In this document: piece by piece, positions 8,476 to 17,157 of the stretch
Numbering within the stretch: the first letter of the stretch is position 1
Layout: the number at the start of each line of letters is the position of its first letter
Virus record (IMG/VR): IMGVR_UViG_3300037484_000933
Span: 1 to 26,313 of that record
DNA: 26,313 nt
Source of the DNA: a virus
Lineage: Duplodnaviria; Caudoviricetes
Strand: one strand, 5' to 3'
Notes under the pieces: model-generated
What the model saw: only the letters and a program-made list of their open reading frames with translations
The model's database searches: none
Told to the model about the DNA's origin: nothing
Program-made: the position numbers and the translations under genes

Positions 8476-8994
8476 TTACCCCAGAGGGGCGGTGTTCGCC
8501 TGTTCAGGTTTAGCAGGAGCCTTGCCCCTCTTGGCCGTCCCAGCATTTCGTTGTTTGGGGGAGACATGGCTTGATTTTGCCGCTGCCCGTCGCTTGGCGG
8601 CCGCCGCCGGTCCCTTCTGGGCTTCCTGCCACTTGAAGAATGCTTTCAAAGCAGAGTCCAAGGATTCCCCGGGGGGAAGACAATGCACCAGTTGGGCCGA
8701 CTGGGTAACCGGCGTCCCGTCCTCCAAACTCAAGGAACCATCCGGTCTGAGGATGACCCCCTGGGGCGGGTGCTCTTCGGCATCGTGTCGATGCTCAAAC
8801 CAGTTGATCGCCTTCAGCAAGTCATCGCCCATCATGCCGGCTTTCCGAAACTCATCCCTGGATTGAACCGGGAGCCCGTTGGAATGGCAGTAAACCCCAC
8901 TGGTCAAACGCACGATATGTATGGTGTTGTCCATCCAGCCCCCATGTTCAACCTCGATTTCACCAAATTTCTTGCTTCGTAGGATTTGAGACAT
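8476..8994 (-). CDS. Hypothetical protein with basic Ala/Lys-rich C-terminal tail
   Basis: 172-aa ORF in operon; AAGGA SD. Confidence 0.7.
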   Translation of the reverse strand: MSQILRSKKFGEIEVEHGGWMDNTIHIVRLTSGVYCHSNGLPVQSRDEFRKAGMMGDDLLKAINWFEHRHDAEEHPPQGVILRPDGSLSLEDGTPVTQSAQLVHCLPPGESLDSALKAFFKWQEAQKGPAAAAKRRAAAKSSHVSPKQRNAGTAKRGKAPAKPEQANTAPLG

Positions 8995-9008
8995 AAAAAA
9001 GTCCTTTT

Positions 9009-10316
9009 TTAATTGACGTTGACGTACCAGATTGAGTCCGGCCCTTGTTTAACCCGGTCTGCCCCGAAGAACTCATAGACGGCCTGTTTCACGCCCGGGT
9101 ACATGGGGTCGGTGAAATCATGACCGCAAATGAGTTTCGTGGTTCTGTGAGCCCAGGCTTCAAGATTCTCCATGAGGGCTTCGTAGGAATGATCATCGTC
9201 GAAGAAGATCATGTCCACTTCCGCCAGGATGGCGGGATCATTCGCCGCCTCCAGACTCGATTCCTGCAGCGTCACCAAATTTTGGAAATGGCCGACGTTG
9301 CTCAGAAACTTACCCTTGAAATCCTCACCAGGGCGCAGGCCGATGTTGGGATTGACATACTTGGCCCAATCGCCGGAGAAGACGAAAGGATCCACGGCAT
9401 AGACCTTCCCGGCAGTTCCCGCACAGAGGGCATAGGTACTGCGTCCCAGGAAATTACCAACGGACACTACACTGGCCATACTATTGGCCTTCTCATGGAG
9501 CCATTCGAGTTCTGGGCGAGTCATCCAACCCTGGATTTGTTCGGCTTGATCCACGGGGGTCAGGGGGAAGTCATATCCCATAATCTCGTAAATCCCCCAT
9601 TGCCGAATTACCTTTTTCATTTTGACCACCTTCTGGTCCGTGGGGAACAAATAGTGATGATAGAAAAAGTGGCCGCCGGCATTTTGGGTTACCCTGCCCT
9701 GGGAATCCTTGACCTCGACATGGCCCATTTCGATAAAGATTTCCCGGAAAGTAGTAGCCTTAAGGCCGAACTTGGCGATGTTCCGGGAAAGCACATAATC
9801 GTCAATGAGGTGGGCCCGGTTCACAACCCCGCTTCTCCGCTCAAAAACAGTGGGATGGATGTTGGCTATGGCTTCCTCCGGAGTCAAATCATCCAGAGGC
9901 TTCCACAAGTCGATGCACAGATCACTGGCAACGGTGAGCCAGTTACCCGAACCGAAATTGCGCCCATCCCGCTGAAAAAATCGGTCAGACCTCCACCTGG
10001 TCGGCGCATGGTCGTTTCCAAAGTGGGCTATGGTGTCCCGGGGCAGGAGCAAGGTTAAGTCCTGGGTATCAGGGTGAACCAGGGCGTCAGAGTCGATATA
10101 GATATTCCACTCGTTTCCCATCTCCTGAGCCAATTGGTAAATCTGAAGTTTCTCGTAGGTTACAGGCCATTCCGGAAACTTCCGCTCACTGATGATATGG
10201 AAATCCGCCCCGATCTTCTTGGCGTAGGCCTCGATAAGAGGATAGGTAAGCGCCGTGATTTCCGGCGCATACCCATCCACGTTAAGGGTGAATACAGTTT
10301 TTTTGCCCAGCCCCAT
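9009..10316 (-). CDS. Fusion of GT-A fold glycosyltransferase-like domain and class I SAM methyltransferase (Methyltransf_24-like)
   Basis: N-terminal YA..IGADF, EKLQI and YIDSDAL (DxD) motifs; C-terminal GWM...EL..L, G...GRST, YAVDPF, DMIFFDDDHSYE and ICGHDF motifs. Confidence 0.8.
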   Translation of the reverse strand: MGLGKKTVFTLNVDGYAPEITALTYPLIEAYAKKIGADFHIISERKFPEWPVTYEKLQIYQLAQEMGNEWNIYIDSDALVHPDTQDLTLLLPRDTIAHFGNDHAPTRWRSDRFFQRDGRNFGSGNWLTVASDLCIDLWKPLDDLTPEEAIANIHPTVFERRSGVVNRAHLIDDYVLSRNIAKFGLKATTFREIFIEMGHVEVKDSQGRVTQNAGGHFFYHHYLFPTDQKVVKMKKVIRQWGIYEIMGYDFPLTPVDQAEQIQGWMTRPELEWLHEKANSMASVVSVGNFLGRSTYALCAGTAGKVYAVDPFVFSGDWAKYVNPNIGLRPGEDFKGKFLSNVGHFQNLVTLQESSLEAANDPAILAEVDMIFFDDDHSYEALMENLEAWAHRTTKLICGHDFTDPMYPGVKQAVYEFFGADRVKQGPDSIWYVNVN

Positions 10317-10319
10317 AAA

Positions 10320-11096
10320 CTATCTCCCGATCATTTCCATGTATAGAGTGGTGGCCGCAGGGGCTACACCATCGTCCATTTCGGCCAGAGCGGCTTCAGC
10401 GGTGCTGCCGGTCACGGTATGAGTCAGGTTTGCCAGGTTGGCCGGGGCATCGCCGGTAAAAGCGGGCGCATCGTGAGTCAGGTTAGACAGGTTGGACGGA
10501 GTATCGCCCACAAAATCGCCCGAGGAGTTGCCCGGGGTAGTATTGGCGATCCCGCCCGTGGTAGCATTGCCACCCGTTATGGTGGTGGCATTGGCGATGT
10601 TGCTCACCAGAGAGTTATTGGCCGCGTTGATGCCGACGCTCACGTCTTCGGCCCCCTGGGAGTTGGCCGCAATCACCAAGTCGTGCGAGTGAGCTGCAGC
10701 TACCAGGTTCGCCAAATTGCCCGTAGGAGCCGGCAGAGCGATGTTGGCGTGATTGGCCGGGGCCGCCACATTACCCGTGGGGGTCGGCAACGCGATATTG
10801 GTATGGTTGGCCACGGTGATGGCCACCGCCGCTCCCAAAAAAATCCGCAACTTATGATTGGTGCGGTCGAAATGATAAACGAAACCATTGGCGGGCTGTT
10901 CGATGAAAACCCGTTCGATTTGCGCTTTGAACCCGAAATTAGCTTTCACCGGCATGGGGATGCCGAGGGCGGGGTACTGCAAAACCCCGTTCCCATAGGC
11001 AATGCTGGGGAAGGTCATCTTTTTGCTCATTCCCAGGGGGATAATATCCTTCTGGGCCAGGGTGGCAGTGACATTCGCTGCGGCAAGGTACGCCAT
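10320..11096 (-). CDS. Putative capsid decoration/head fibre protein with Asn-rich central insertion
   Basis: Downstream of capsid genes; 25 Asn in 258 aa; HSH motif; paired 18-aa repeats; AAGGAG SD. Confidence 0.7.
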   Translation of the reverse strand: MAYLAAANVTATLAQKDIIPLGMSKKMTFPSIAYGNGVLQYPALGIPMPVKANFGFKAQIERVFIEQPANGFVYHFDRTNHKLRIFLGAAVAITVANHTNIALPTPTGNVAAPANHANIALPAPTGNLANLVAAAHSHDLVIAANSQGAEDVSVGINAANNSLVSNIANATTITGGNATTGGIANTTPGNSSGDFVGDTPSNLSNLTHDAPAFTGDAPANLANLTHTVTGSTAEAALAEMDDGVAPAATTLYMEMIGR

Positions 11097-11111
11097 AATG
11101 CTTCTCCTTAT

Positions 11112-11140
11112 AAGAAAGGGCCGCCGTCAAGGAACGGCCC
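11112..11140 (-). terminator. Likely intrinsic terminator after the capsid/decoration genes
   Basis: GGGCCG/CGGCCC stem followed by TTTCTT on the minus strand; a second hairpin CCCTGTCG/CGACAGGG at 11157-11184. Confidence 0.55.
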
Positions 11141-11193
11141 CATGGTGTCTGCCAAACCCTGTCGCCTCATCTTGACCGACAGGGCTTGATCCG

Positions 11194-11703
11194 TTAAGTA
11201 ACGGCGTTGTCAGTGTTGCAGTTGTGCATCAAGCTCTGATTGGCCGCCACTTCGGCTTTGGGATGACCGCAGAAGAAAGGCTGAAAATCCCCCAATTCCG
11301 TGCCGCCCACAGCCTGAGTGGTGATTTCGATGACCACCAGCTCACCGGCGTTGATCTCTGCCCGGCCCATCTTACGAGCCGCGACCGGAGGATTTGGCAC
11401 ATCAACGTAATAAACGTTGTCCACCAAAGCAGCGTCGTAAAGCGGGATACTGGCCAGCGCCACCTTGTCCGTCCCGGCTGCCACCGGGTACCGGTAGATG
11501 GTCAACACCCCTTCAGTCGTCTGAGTGTCATAATCAAAGGCTACCGTGGGCCGATACCCAAACCGCGTCACCACGAAGGGCTCATTCATGGTCTTGGTGA
11601 AGATAGCCGCAGCCGCAGCCTCCAATTCAATGGCTGTCGCCAGAGCGCCATCAACCACCGCGGCGTCAATAACCTGTTTATCGTAAAAACCGTAATGTCC
11701 CAT
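11194..11703 (-). CDS. Minor capsid/cement-like beta-sandwich protein
   Basis: Directly after the major capsid gene; AGGAGG SD; beta-rich composition. Confidence 0.6.
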   Translation of the reverse strand: MGHYGFYDKQVIDAAVVDGALATAIELEAAAAAIFTKTMNEPFVVTRFGYRPTVAFDYDTQTTEGVLTIYRYPVAAGTDKVALASIPLYDAALVDNVYYVDVPNPPVAARKMGRAEINAGELVVIEITTQAVGGTELGDFQPFFCGHPKAEVAANQSLMHNCNTDNAVT

Positions 11704-11750
11704 CTTGTGGACCTCCTATCTTTCTTGTTCCGTTTACTGGTTGTCTCGAC

Positions 11751-12719
11751 TTACTGGCTGTCGATGCGAACCATCTTGCACTCGCCGTCATTGGCGGTGT
11801 TCCACACGGCCCCCATCGCAAGGATGGCGTACCAGGCACAGGCCTGGACGGTGCCGAACCGGTTCTGGAAGTTTTTGTCCAGACGCAGGTGCGGGGCCAG
11901 GACCTCCAGACGGGCTACGGCCTCATCACCGAAGACCACGGCTTCGCCCAGGGTGGCGGAGGTGCCGGCGGTGTTCGAGAAAGCCATAGCGCGGTTGACT
12001 TCAACCCACCGGATACCTTCGGTCATGCCCATTTCGCCCTTGTAGGCAAAGTCCACCTTTTGGGCATACATATGCCACATCTGCCAGTAGGTGTCGTTTT
12101 TCAGGGCGCGCATGTTCCGATTGCAGGACAGGCCGACGTAATTCGACCCTTCGTAGAAGGGAACATGGATGGTATCCCGCATGTAGTCCACGATGGCCAT
12201 GCAGTGGTCGAAGGTCATGGGAACAGTGGAGACGCCCGCCGCGGGGGTCCCGGTAACCCCAAAAGTACCGCCGGTCAGGCTGGTGGGGGTGTAGATGATC
12301 TTGGAATCGGTGCTCAGGAAAGCGTTGGCCGCCAGGCTGTCCATCTGCTCTTCCATCTGGTCGGAAAGGGCTTTCTGGACCCAGTTGCTCGGCTGGAAGG
12401 CCATCAGGTATTCCATCAGGTCGGTGTATTCCACCGCCTCGCCGTAGGGCTTGAGCTGCAAAGCGCGGTTCGCCCATTCAAGTTTACGGACGGGGAACCC
12501 AGTGGACTCTTCCAGTTCCGAAGATGTGGAATTGGGGAGTCGCTTCACATTCATGATGTTGACGTACTCGCCGGCGTTACGTTTAACGCCGATCCCATGA
12601 TCACTGGTGAACGGCAGGACCAAACACTTTCCGGCCGCCCCTTTCAAAAGTTTCTTCGACAGTTGGTGATTTTCGAGAATCCCAACCGTTTTGGTTTCAG
12701 TCCAAGTATGAGCGGGCAT
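11751..12719 (-). CDS. Major capsid protein (HK97 fold, N4-gp56-like)
   Basis: 322 aa; AAGGAGG SD; after scaffold; YGEAV.YTD, GEMG..EGIRWVE and AVVFG.EAV motifs. Confidence 0.85.
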   Translation of the reverse strand: MPAHTWTETKTVGILENHQLSKKLLKGAAGKCLVLPFTSDHGIGVKRNAGEYVNIMNVKRLPNSTSSELEESTGFPVRKLEWANRALQLKPYGEAVEYTDLMEYLMAFQPSNWVQKALSDQMEEQMDSLAANAFLSTDSKIIYTPTSLTGGTFGVTGTPAAGVSTVPMTFDHCMAIVDYMRDTIHVPFYEGSNYVGLSCNRNMRALKNDTYWQMWHMYAQKVDFAYKGEMGMTEGIRWVEVNRAMAFSNTAGTSATLGEAVVFGDEAVARLEVLAPHLRLDKNFQNRFGTVQACAWYAILAMGAVWNTANDGECKMVRIDSQ

Positions 12720-12732
12720 AGCTCAAACCTCC

Positions 12733-13785
12733 TTATCGTCTCGCTCGCGACGCCTGTCTGCGTTCTTCGAGGATCTCGTTCATGGTACCTCCCAAGGTGA
12801 AAGTTTCCGGTTCCGGGGCCTTCTTGGGCTGAGTAGTCCCCCGCCCCATAACCGTGTTGTTAGCCTGGGCTGCCCTGGCCAACCGGTCCCTTTCCTCCTT
12901 GCTTTGCACGACCTCCCCCTTGAGACGGCGGACCTCGTTCACGGTCCACTGCACTTGTTCTTCAAAGGGTTTGTCGTCAAATTCCTTGGGCATGTCGTTG
13001 ACCGTCGCCCAGAAGAGTTTATTGTCTGCTGTACCCTCTTCCATGTTCAGGCCTGCCTTGCCCGCCAATTCACCGGCCCGGGTGCGGACGTTGGTTTCCT
13101 CGGTAGCCTTGGCCTCTTCCGCCTTGGCCTGAGTCTCCGCCTCCCTTTCGGCCTTGATCTGTTCCTGCACCAGCTTGGCGATTTCTTCCTTGGCGGGGAT
13201 AGCAGGTTGTCCCGCCCCCCCGATACCAGCCTTACGCCAGGCTTTTGCGACCTTCTTCTTGTAGTCCGGGTCGAACTCATCGATCTTGTCGATCTCATCC
13301 AGGGCCTGTTCAATCTTGGCCTCTTGCTCGGCCTCCACTTCATCAGGAGTCTTCACCGGTTCGGCAGGCTTTTCCGAGGCAGCCGCGGCTTCCTTCTCGG
13401 CCAACTTTTGCCGCAACTCATCCCGTTCCCGCTCGGCAGCTTCCCGTGCCTCACGGTCCTGCTTGGCAGCTTCCGACCGCTCGGTAATAAGCCTTTCAGC
13501 TTCCTTCCGGGCCTTTTCCGTCTCCTCCCAGGTCTTATGCTTGGGCTCAAACTTGGGCGACTCCGGGGTTTCCTCCTCAGTAGCCTTAACTTCCGGCGTC
13601 TCAGGGGCTTCCGGGGATTCCGGCACCTCTGGTTCATCCTCTGAAACCTGGATACCAGTGTGCGCGGCGATTCTTTCCTCACGGTCTTTTGCCAAGATGT
13701 CCGCTAAGGACCCCTCATCACCCGGCTGTAAAGTTTCTTCCGGTAATTCAGGATCTACTTTCGGAGCTTCGGGTTCTTCTGCCAT
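12733..13785 (-). CDS. Capsid scaffolding protein
   Basis: Acidic Glu/Pro-rich N-terminus, coiled coil, basic C-terminal tip; lies between portal and MCP. Confidence 0.8.
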   Translation of the reverse strand: MAEEPEAPKVDPELPEETLQPGDEGSLADILAKDREERIAAHTGIQVSEDEPEVPESPEAPETPEVKATEEETPESPKFEPKHKTWEETEKARKEAERLITERSEAAKQDREAREAAERERDELRQKLAEKEAAAASEKPAEPVKTPDEVEAEQEAKIEQALDEIDKIDEFDPDYKKKVAKAWRKAGIGGAGQPAIPAKEEIAKLVQEQIKAEREAETQAKAEEAKATEETNVRTRAGELAGKAGLNMEEGTADNKLFWATVNDMPKEFDDKPFEEQVQWTVNEVRRLKGEVVQSKEERDRLARAAQANNTVMGRGTTQPKKAPEPETFTLGGTMNEILEERRQASRARR

Positions 13786-13804
13786 GTGATGCTCTCCTGT
13801 CTTT

Positions 13805-14067
13805 CCACGGGTATCCTCGCGGGCCGTGGTGGGGCTTTATTATAAGGTCGGTATCCCTTACGGGGCGACCTTGGATTCAAGATACTATAAACAACATTTC
13901 TTTTTTAAAACAATGTTGCTCATAATTTTTCCCATTAAACCATCTGCATACAACTCCTTGACTTGTAAACTTCACTACTTCCATTTCTGGACTACCAGAG
14001 TTCAATATTGCTACTTTCTTGATTATAGTTACATTACTCATCGGCCAGTATCCCTTCCGGGGCGGCC
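13805..14067 (-). promoter_or_regulatory. Three copies of a candidate cis-regulatory RNA hairpin (stem-C-CC(C)-GNRA-(G)GG-AUAC-stem) at 13805-13829, 13844-13872 and 14043-14067
   Basis: Outer stems differ but all pair; GNRA loops GCGA, GUAA and GGAA; invariant C/AUAC internal loop. Confidence 0.7.
13877..14041 (-). CDS. YodC/DUF2158-like small protein, AT-rich insert
   Basis: LNSGSPEMEV...VVCRWF.G...F..E.L matches the DUF2158 pattern; start reassigned to ATG 14041. Confidence 0.65.
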   Translation of the reverse strand: MSNVTIIKKVAILNSGSPEMEVVKFTSQGVVCRWFNGKNYEQHCFKKEMLFIVS

Positions 14068-14420
14068 TCTGGTTCCTCAATGAAAGCTGATAACGACGGT
14101 CCTGCTGTCCGACGAATATGTTCCTCTGTCAAACGAGGCAAAAGCTCTAATTTGTACCGATAATCAACCAAAACAGACAAATGAGCCTGGATGATGACAT
14201 CCTGGTCGGCTATTTGGTTCAGACGGTTTCGTATCGCATTAACCACAGCGCGGAAGATGGGACTGCCATTCTGCAATTCAGCAACAAGGGCCAGGGATTC
14301 CCGCACGGCGTTCTCATGGCGAATCTGTGCATCAGCCTTCCGGTCTTTTGCGTCCAATTCCAGGGGGCGCCCATTAGAAATCCGTGTTTCAATCCCACCA
14401 CTCATGGGCTGATGAGCCAT
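14034..14420 (-). CDS. Hypothetical helical protein between portal and scaffold
   Basis: TAATG overlap with the portal stop; usual podovirus position. Confidence 0.7.
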   Translation of the reverse strand: MAHQPMSGGIETRISNGRPLELDAKDRKADAQIRHENAVRESLALVAELQNGSPIFRAVVNAIRNRLNQIADQDVIIQAHLSVLVDYRYKLELLPRLTEEHIRRTAGPSLSAFIEEPEAAPEGILADE

Positions 14421-16531
14421 TATTTCTTCTCCGTGCTGGGCTTCGCCGGCGCCGCCGCCTTAGCTACCGGAGCGGGCGGGGGCCGCAGGGCCGCCTTAGC
14501 TTGCGCCAGAGCCAGTTGGGTCTGGGCCATGACCAATCCAACCTTTGCCGCCTCCGTGTCCGCCTGGCGCTGGGTGAGCTCGGCCTGGGCCAGGGTGAGG
14601 TCCGGCTTAAACTCGTCCTCGACGCCGGTGTCACCCGTCCCGGGTTCGGGCATTCCCTCAGCCTCAGCTTTCGCCAGTGCCAGGGCCGCCTTGCCTTCAT
14701 GCTCCTGCGCTTTCGCCAAGTTCATTTCAGCCTTGGCCAGTTCCCCCTGGGCCTTCACTTCCAGTAAGGACGCTTCCAGTTCTGCCAGGCGCTGCTGAGA
14801 CTGGATCAACGCTTCCTGCTGGCCCTGTTGAGCAACATCAACCCGTTGGGCGTCGGTTTCTTCCACGATAATGCCCTCATCCCGGAGATTGAGACGCTTC
14901 TCGACGGCCCGGATGAGTTGATAGGGTTTGAGGTACGGCCGGAACAAATCGCTTTCCGCCATCGGGAGAATCACATCCCGGATACTGCGAACAATCTCCT
15001 GATCCCGCATCAATGCCTGGATCCCGGATACTCGGTAAGCCCCAGAATTTAACTGTGGCAACATTAGACCAGTGGGGGTGTCAGCCGCATACCTTTCCGC
15101 TACGTTCTGCCCCATGAGACGAGCCAGTTCGTCATAGGTAATATTGATCGCCACAGTCTCATACCCAGCCTGAATGGCATGGAGCGCCCCATCCTCCAGG
15201 TTCCGGCCCATGAGGCCCACCAGGAGCATTGACTGATCAAGATTTTGCGCCGACTCACGCGCCGTCACTTCCGCCCGGTATCCCGGCAATCCCTGCATGG
15301 TGGGGGTTATTCCGGTTCCGCCATCGAAACGCTGATCGGCAAAATTCATATTGGCCAGGATGTCCCCGGTCTGACTCCGGCGCTCGCCCACCCGAAAAGC
15401 CTGATTGCCCGAAGTCGTGCCCCGGGTGAGGTACTGTTTCCCTGGGTAGTTGTCTATGTCCGTCTGGTCCACCAAAGAAGAGATGTCAAGCTCCGTGGGC
15501 GGATTTACGATCCAGTTGAGGTTGTCAGCGTGAAGGCAAAACAGCGAGTTCATAAAGTACCAGAGGGACTTGATCCCCTGGATGAGGCCCCGGCCATCAA
15601 AGCGGAGCAGATGAGGAAGAGGGCTAAACCCGGTCCCTGGCCACCTCAGCGTCGGGTAAGGACTCGCCTTGGGTTCCCGGATCACCCGGTCACCCACCCA
15701 AGTAAAAGTGGCATTGGGGAGCAGCAACTCCCCCTTTCTATCCAGGACCGTGCCCCAGAACTCCGAAGTCAGGCACATGGACCTATAACCCGGACGGTGC
15801 CAAACCATGTCTTTGCGGCGATTGATTTCTTCCGGGGTCAAGTCCGGGTTGGCTATGGGGTCGCCCCATTTCGATCCGGGGCCCATGGGAGGAATATTCT
15901 GATAAAGGCCGTCTTTCTCCCCATCTTTCAAGATGTAATAATCAATGTATTCCTGGTGAATCCAATACATTCCCGACCGCGGCTGACGACTGATAGCGTC
16001 CGGGTCACGGTGAATATTCCAAGGTGCCGCCAAGACATACTCCAGGCCCTTGCCCGGAATCCACTGGGGGATCATCTCCATGGACTGCCCGATGGCCCCG
16101 CCCATGCCAGTGGCGTCGGTAAAATTGATTGCGAAGTTTGAATGGGCCCGGGAAAGCATCAACCCCATTAATTTCTGTACAAACTCCGCATCTTCCTCAT
16201 TTTGCTCGTTCTCGACTGATAAAAACTCCGCATCAAACGCTTTCCGGATCACCGAGAGGAAGGTCTGAACGGTGATGTAGGGCTTCGGAACTATCACCCG
16301 GGACTGCCATGCTTCTTTCTTGGCATAGTTGGGCGGCTCCTTCTCATTGAACACGTCCCAACACTCTTGCTGCTCATAACGAATGTCCCGCATGGCATCG
16401 ACCGAAGCCTGGACACAACTCTCCCCAAACTTGACGAAATGGGTCTCGTCCTCCCGGCTATAAGCCTGGGTGGCTTCTTCCCTCTCTGCAAGCTCCTGAG
16501 CGTCGTAATCCACTGCGGGTTCTGATGTCAT
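14420..16531 (-). CDS. Portal protein (P22-like, C-terminal coiled-coil barrel)
   Basis: 703 aa after terminase; NI.RDP.A, TGI....QG and TA.E motifs; Gln/Ala-rich coiled-coil tail. Confidence 0.85.
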   Translation of the reverse strand: MTSEPAVDYDAQELAEREEATQAYSREDETHFVKFGESCVQASVDAMRDIRYEQQECWDVFNEKEPPNYAKKEAWQSRVIVPKPYITVQTFLSVIRKAFDAEFLSVENEQNEEDAEFVQKLMGLMLSRAHSNFAINFTDATGMGGAIGQSMEMIPQWIPGKGLEYVLAAPWNIHRDPDAISRQPRSGMYWIHQEYIDYYILKDGEKDGLYQNIPPMGPGSKWGDPIANPDLTPEEINRRKDMVWHRPGYRSMCLTSEFWGTVLDRKGELLLPNATFTWVGDRVIREPKASPYPTLRWPGTGFSPLPHLLRFDGRGLIQGIKSLWYFMNSLFCLHADNLNWIVNPPTELDISSLVDQTDIDNYPGKQYLTRGTTSGNQAFRVGERRSQTGDILANMNFADQRFDGGTGITPTMQGLPGYRAEVTARESAQNLDQSMLLVGLMGRNLEDGALHAIQAGYETVAINITYDELARLMGQNVAERYAADTPTGLMLPQLNSGAYRVSGIQALMRDQEIVRSIRDVILPMAESDLFRPYLKPYQLIRAVEKRLNLRDEGIIVEETDAQRVDVAQQGQQEALIQSQQRLAELEASLLEVKAQGELAKAEMNLAKAQEHEGKAALALAKAEAEGMPEPGTGDTGVEDEFKPDLTLAQAELTQRQADTEAAKVGLVMAQTQLALAQAKAALRPPPAPVAKAAAPAKPSTEKK

Positions 16532-16538
16532 TGGGTTC

Positions 16539-16763
16539 CTATTTCTTGAACGGCATCTTGGTGATGCCCTTGCTCACCGCCTTGGGGGCCTTCCGCATCG
16601 GCAGCCCCTTCTGCGAGGTGGCCGCGACTTCATTCAAGTCAGCCGGCGCCATGCTGCCCGCCATCTGCGTAGCCGGCATCCCCGGCTTGCCCTTCATCTT
16701 TCCCGCCTGAATGGCCTTGGCCATCCCCGCCGCCTGACGCTGCTTCTTGCTGACTGCAGGCAT
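16539..16763 (-). CDS. DUF3008-like small basic protein
   Basis: MPA.SK.Q..AAG.A...M..SM...DL...A.T..KGLP pattern; GGAGAGG SD. Confidence 0.7.
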   Translation of the reverse strand: MPAVSKKQRQAAGMAKAIQAGKMKGKPGMPATQMAGSMAPADLNEVAATSQKGLPMRKAPKAVSKGITKMPFKK

Positions 16764-16765
16764 AA

Positions 16766-16903
16766 TTACCTCTCCTTTGCATTCGCTATGACGACACGGT
16801 AGTCGTACTCGGGTTTGGGTCTCTTGGGTTTCGGTTCCGGTCCCTCGAAACCCTCAACAAAAGGAATCAGCCCCTCCCACATCCGGGCCCGGGACAAACA
16901 CAT
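16766..16903 (-). CDS. 45-aa hypothetical protein, absent from ORF track
   Basis: Manually translated MCLSRARMWEGLIPFVEGF...; TGATG overlap with the upstream gene; GGAG SD. Confidence 0.5.
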   Translation of the reverse strand: MCLSRARMWEGLIPFVEGFEGPEPKPKRPKPEYDYRVVIANAKER

Positions 16904-17157
16904 CAACTCCCGCTCTGAGGGTTGGCCGATTCCCATCTGATTTGGTCGTAGCGTTCCCGATACCTTTGGGAGTTAGTATTGAGATGGGCTATCTCCCCGG
17001 TCGGATACGGAGGGTCGTCGTTATGCCCCTTCTCCGGCATCACCTCATGGTTGTTCGAGACGTTTTTGTAACCCTCAGTCGTCCGGGCCGAGCCGTCAAA
17101 ATTCTTCCCTTCAAAAAACCGTAAGGGCACCCATCCCCCAAAACCGCGGCCTCTCAT
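16903..17157 (-). CDS. Hypothetical protein ending in YRERYDQIRW
   Basis: TAATG overlap with the terminase stop. Confidence 0.65.
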   Translation of the reverse strand: MRGRGFGGWVPLRFFEGKNFDGSARTTEGYKNVSNNHEVMPEKGHNDDPPYPTGEIAHLNTNSQRYRERYDQIRWESANPQSGS

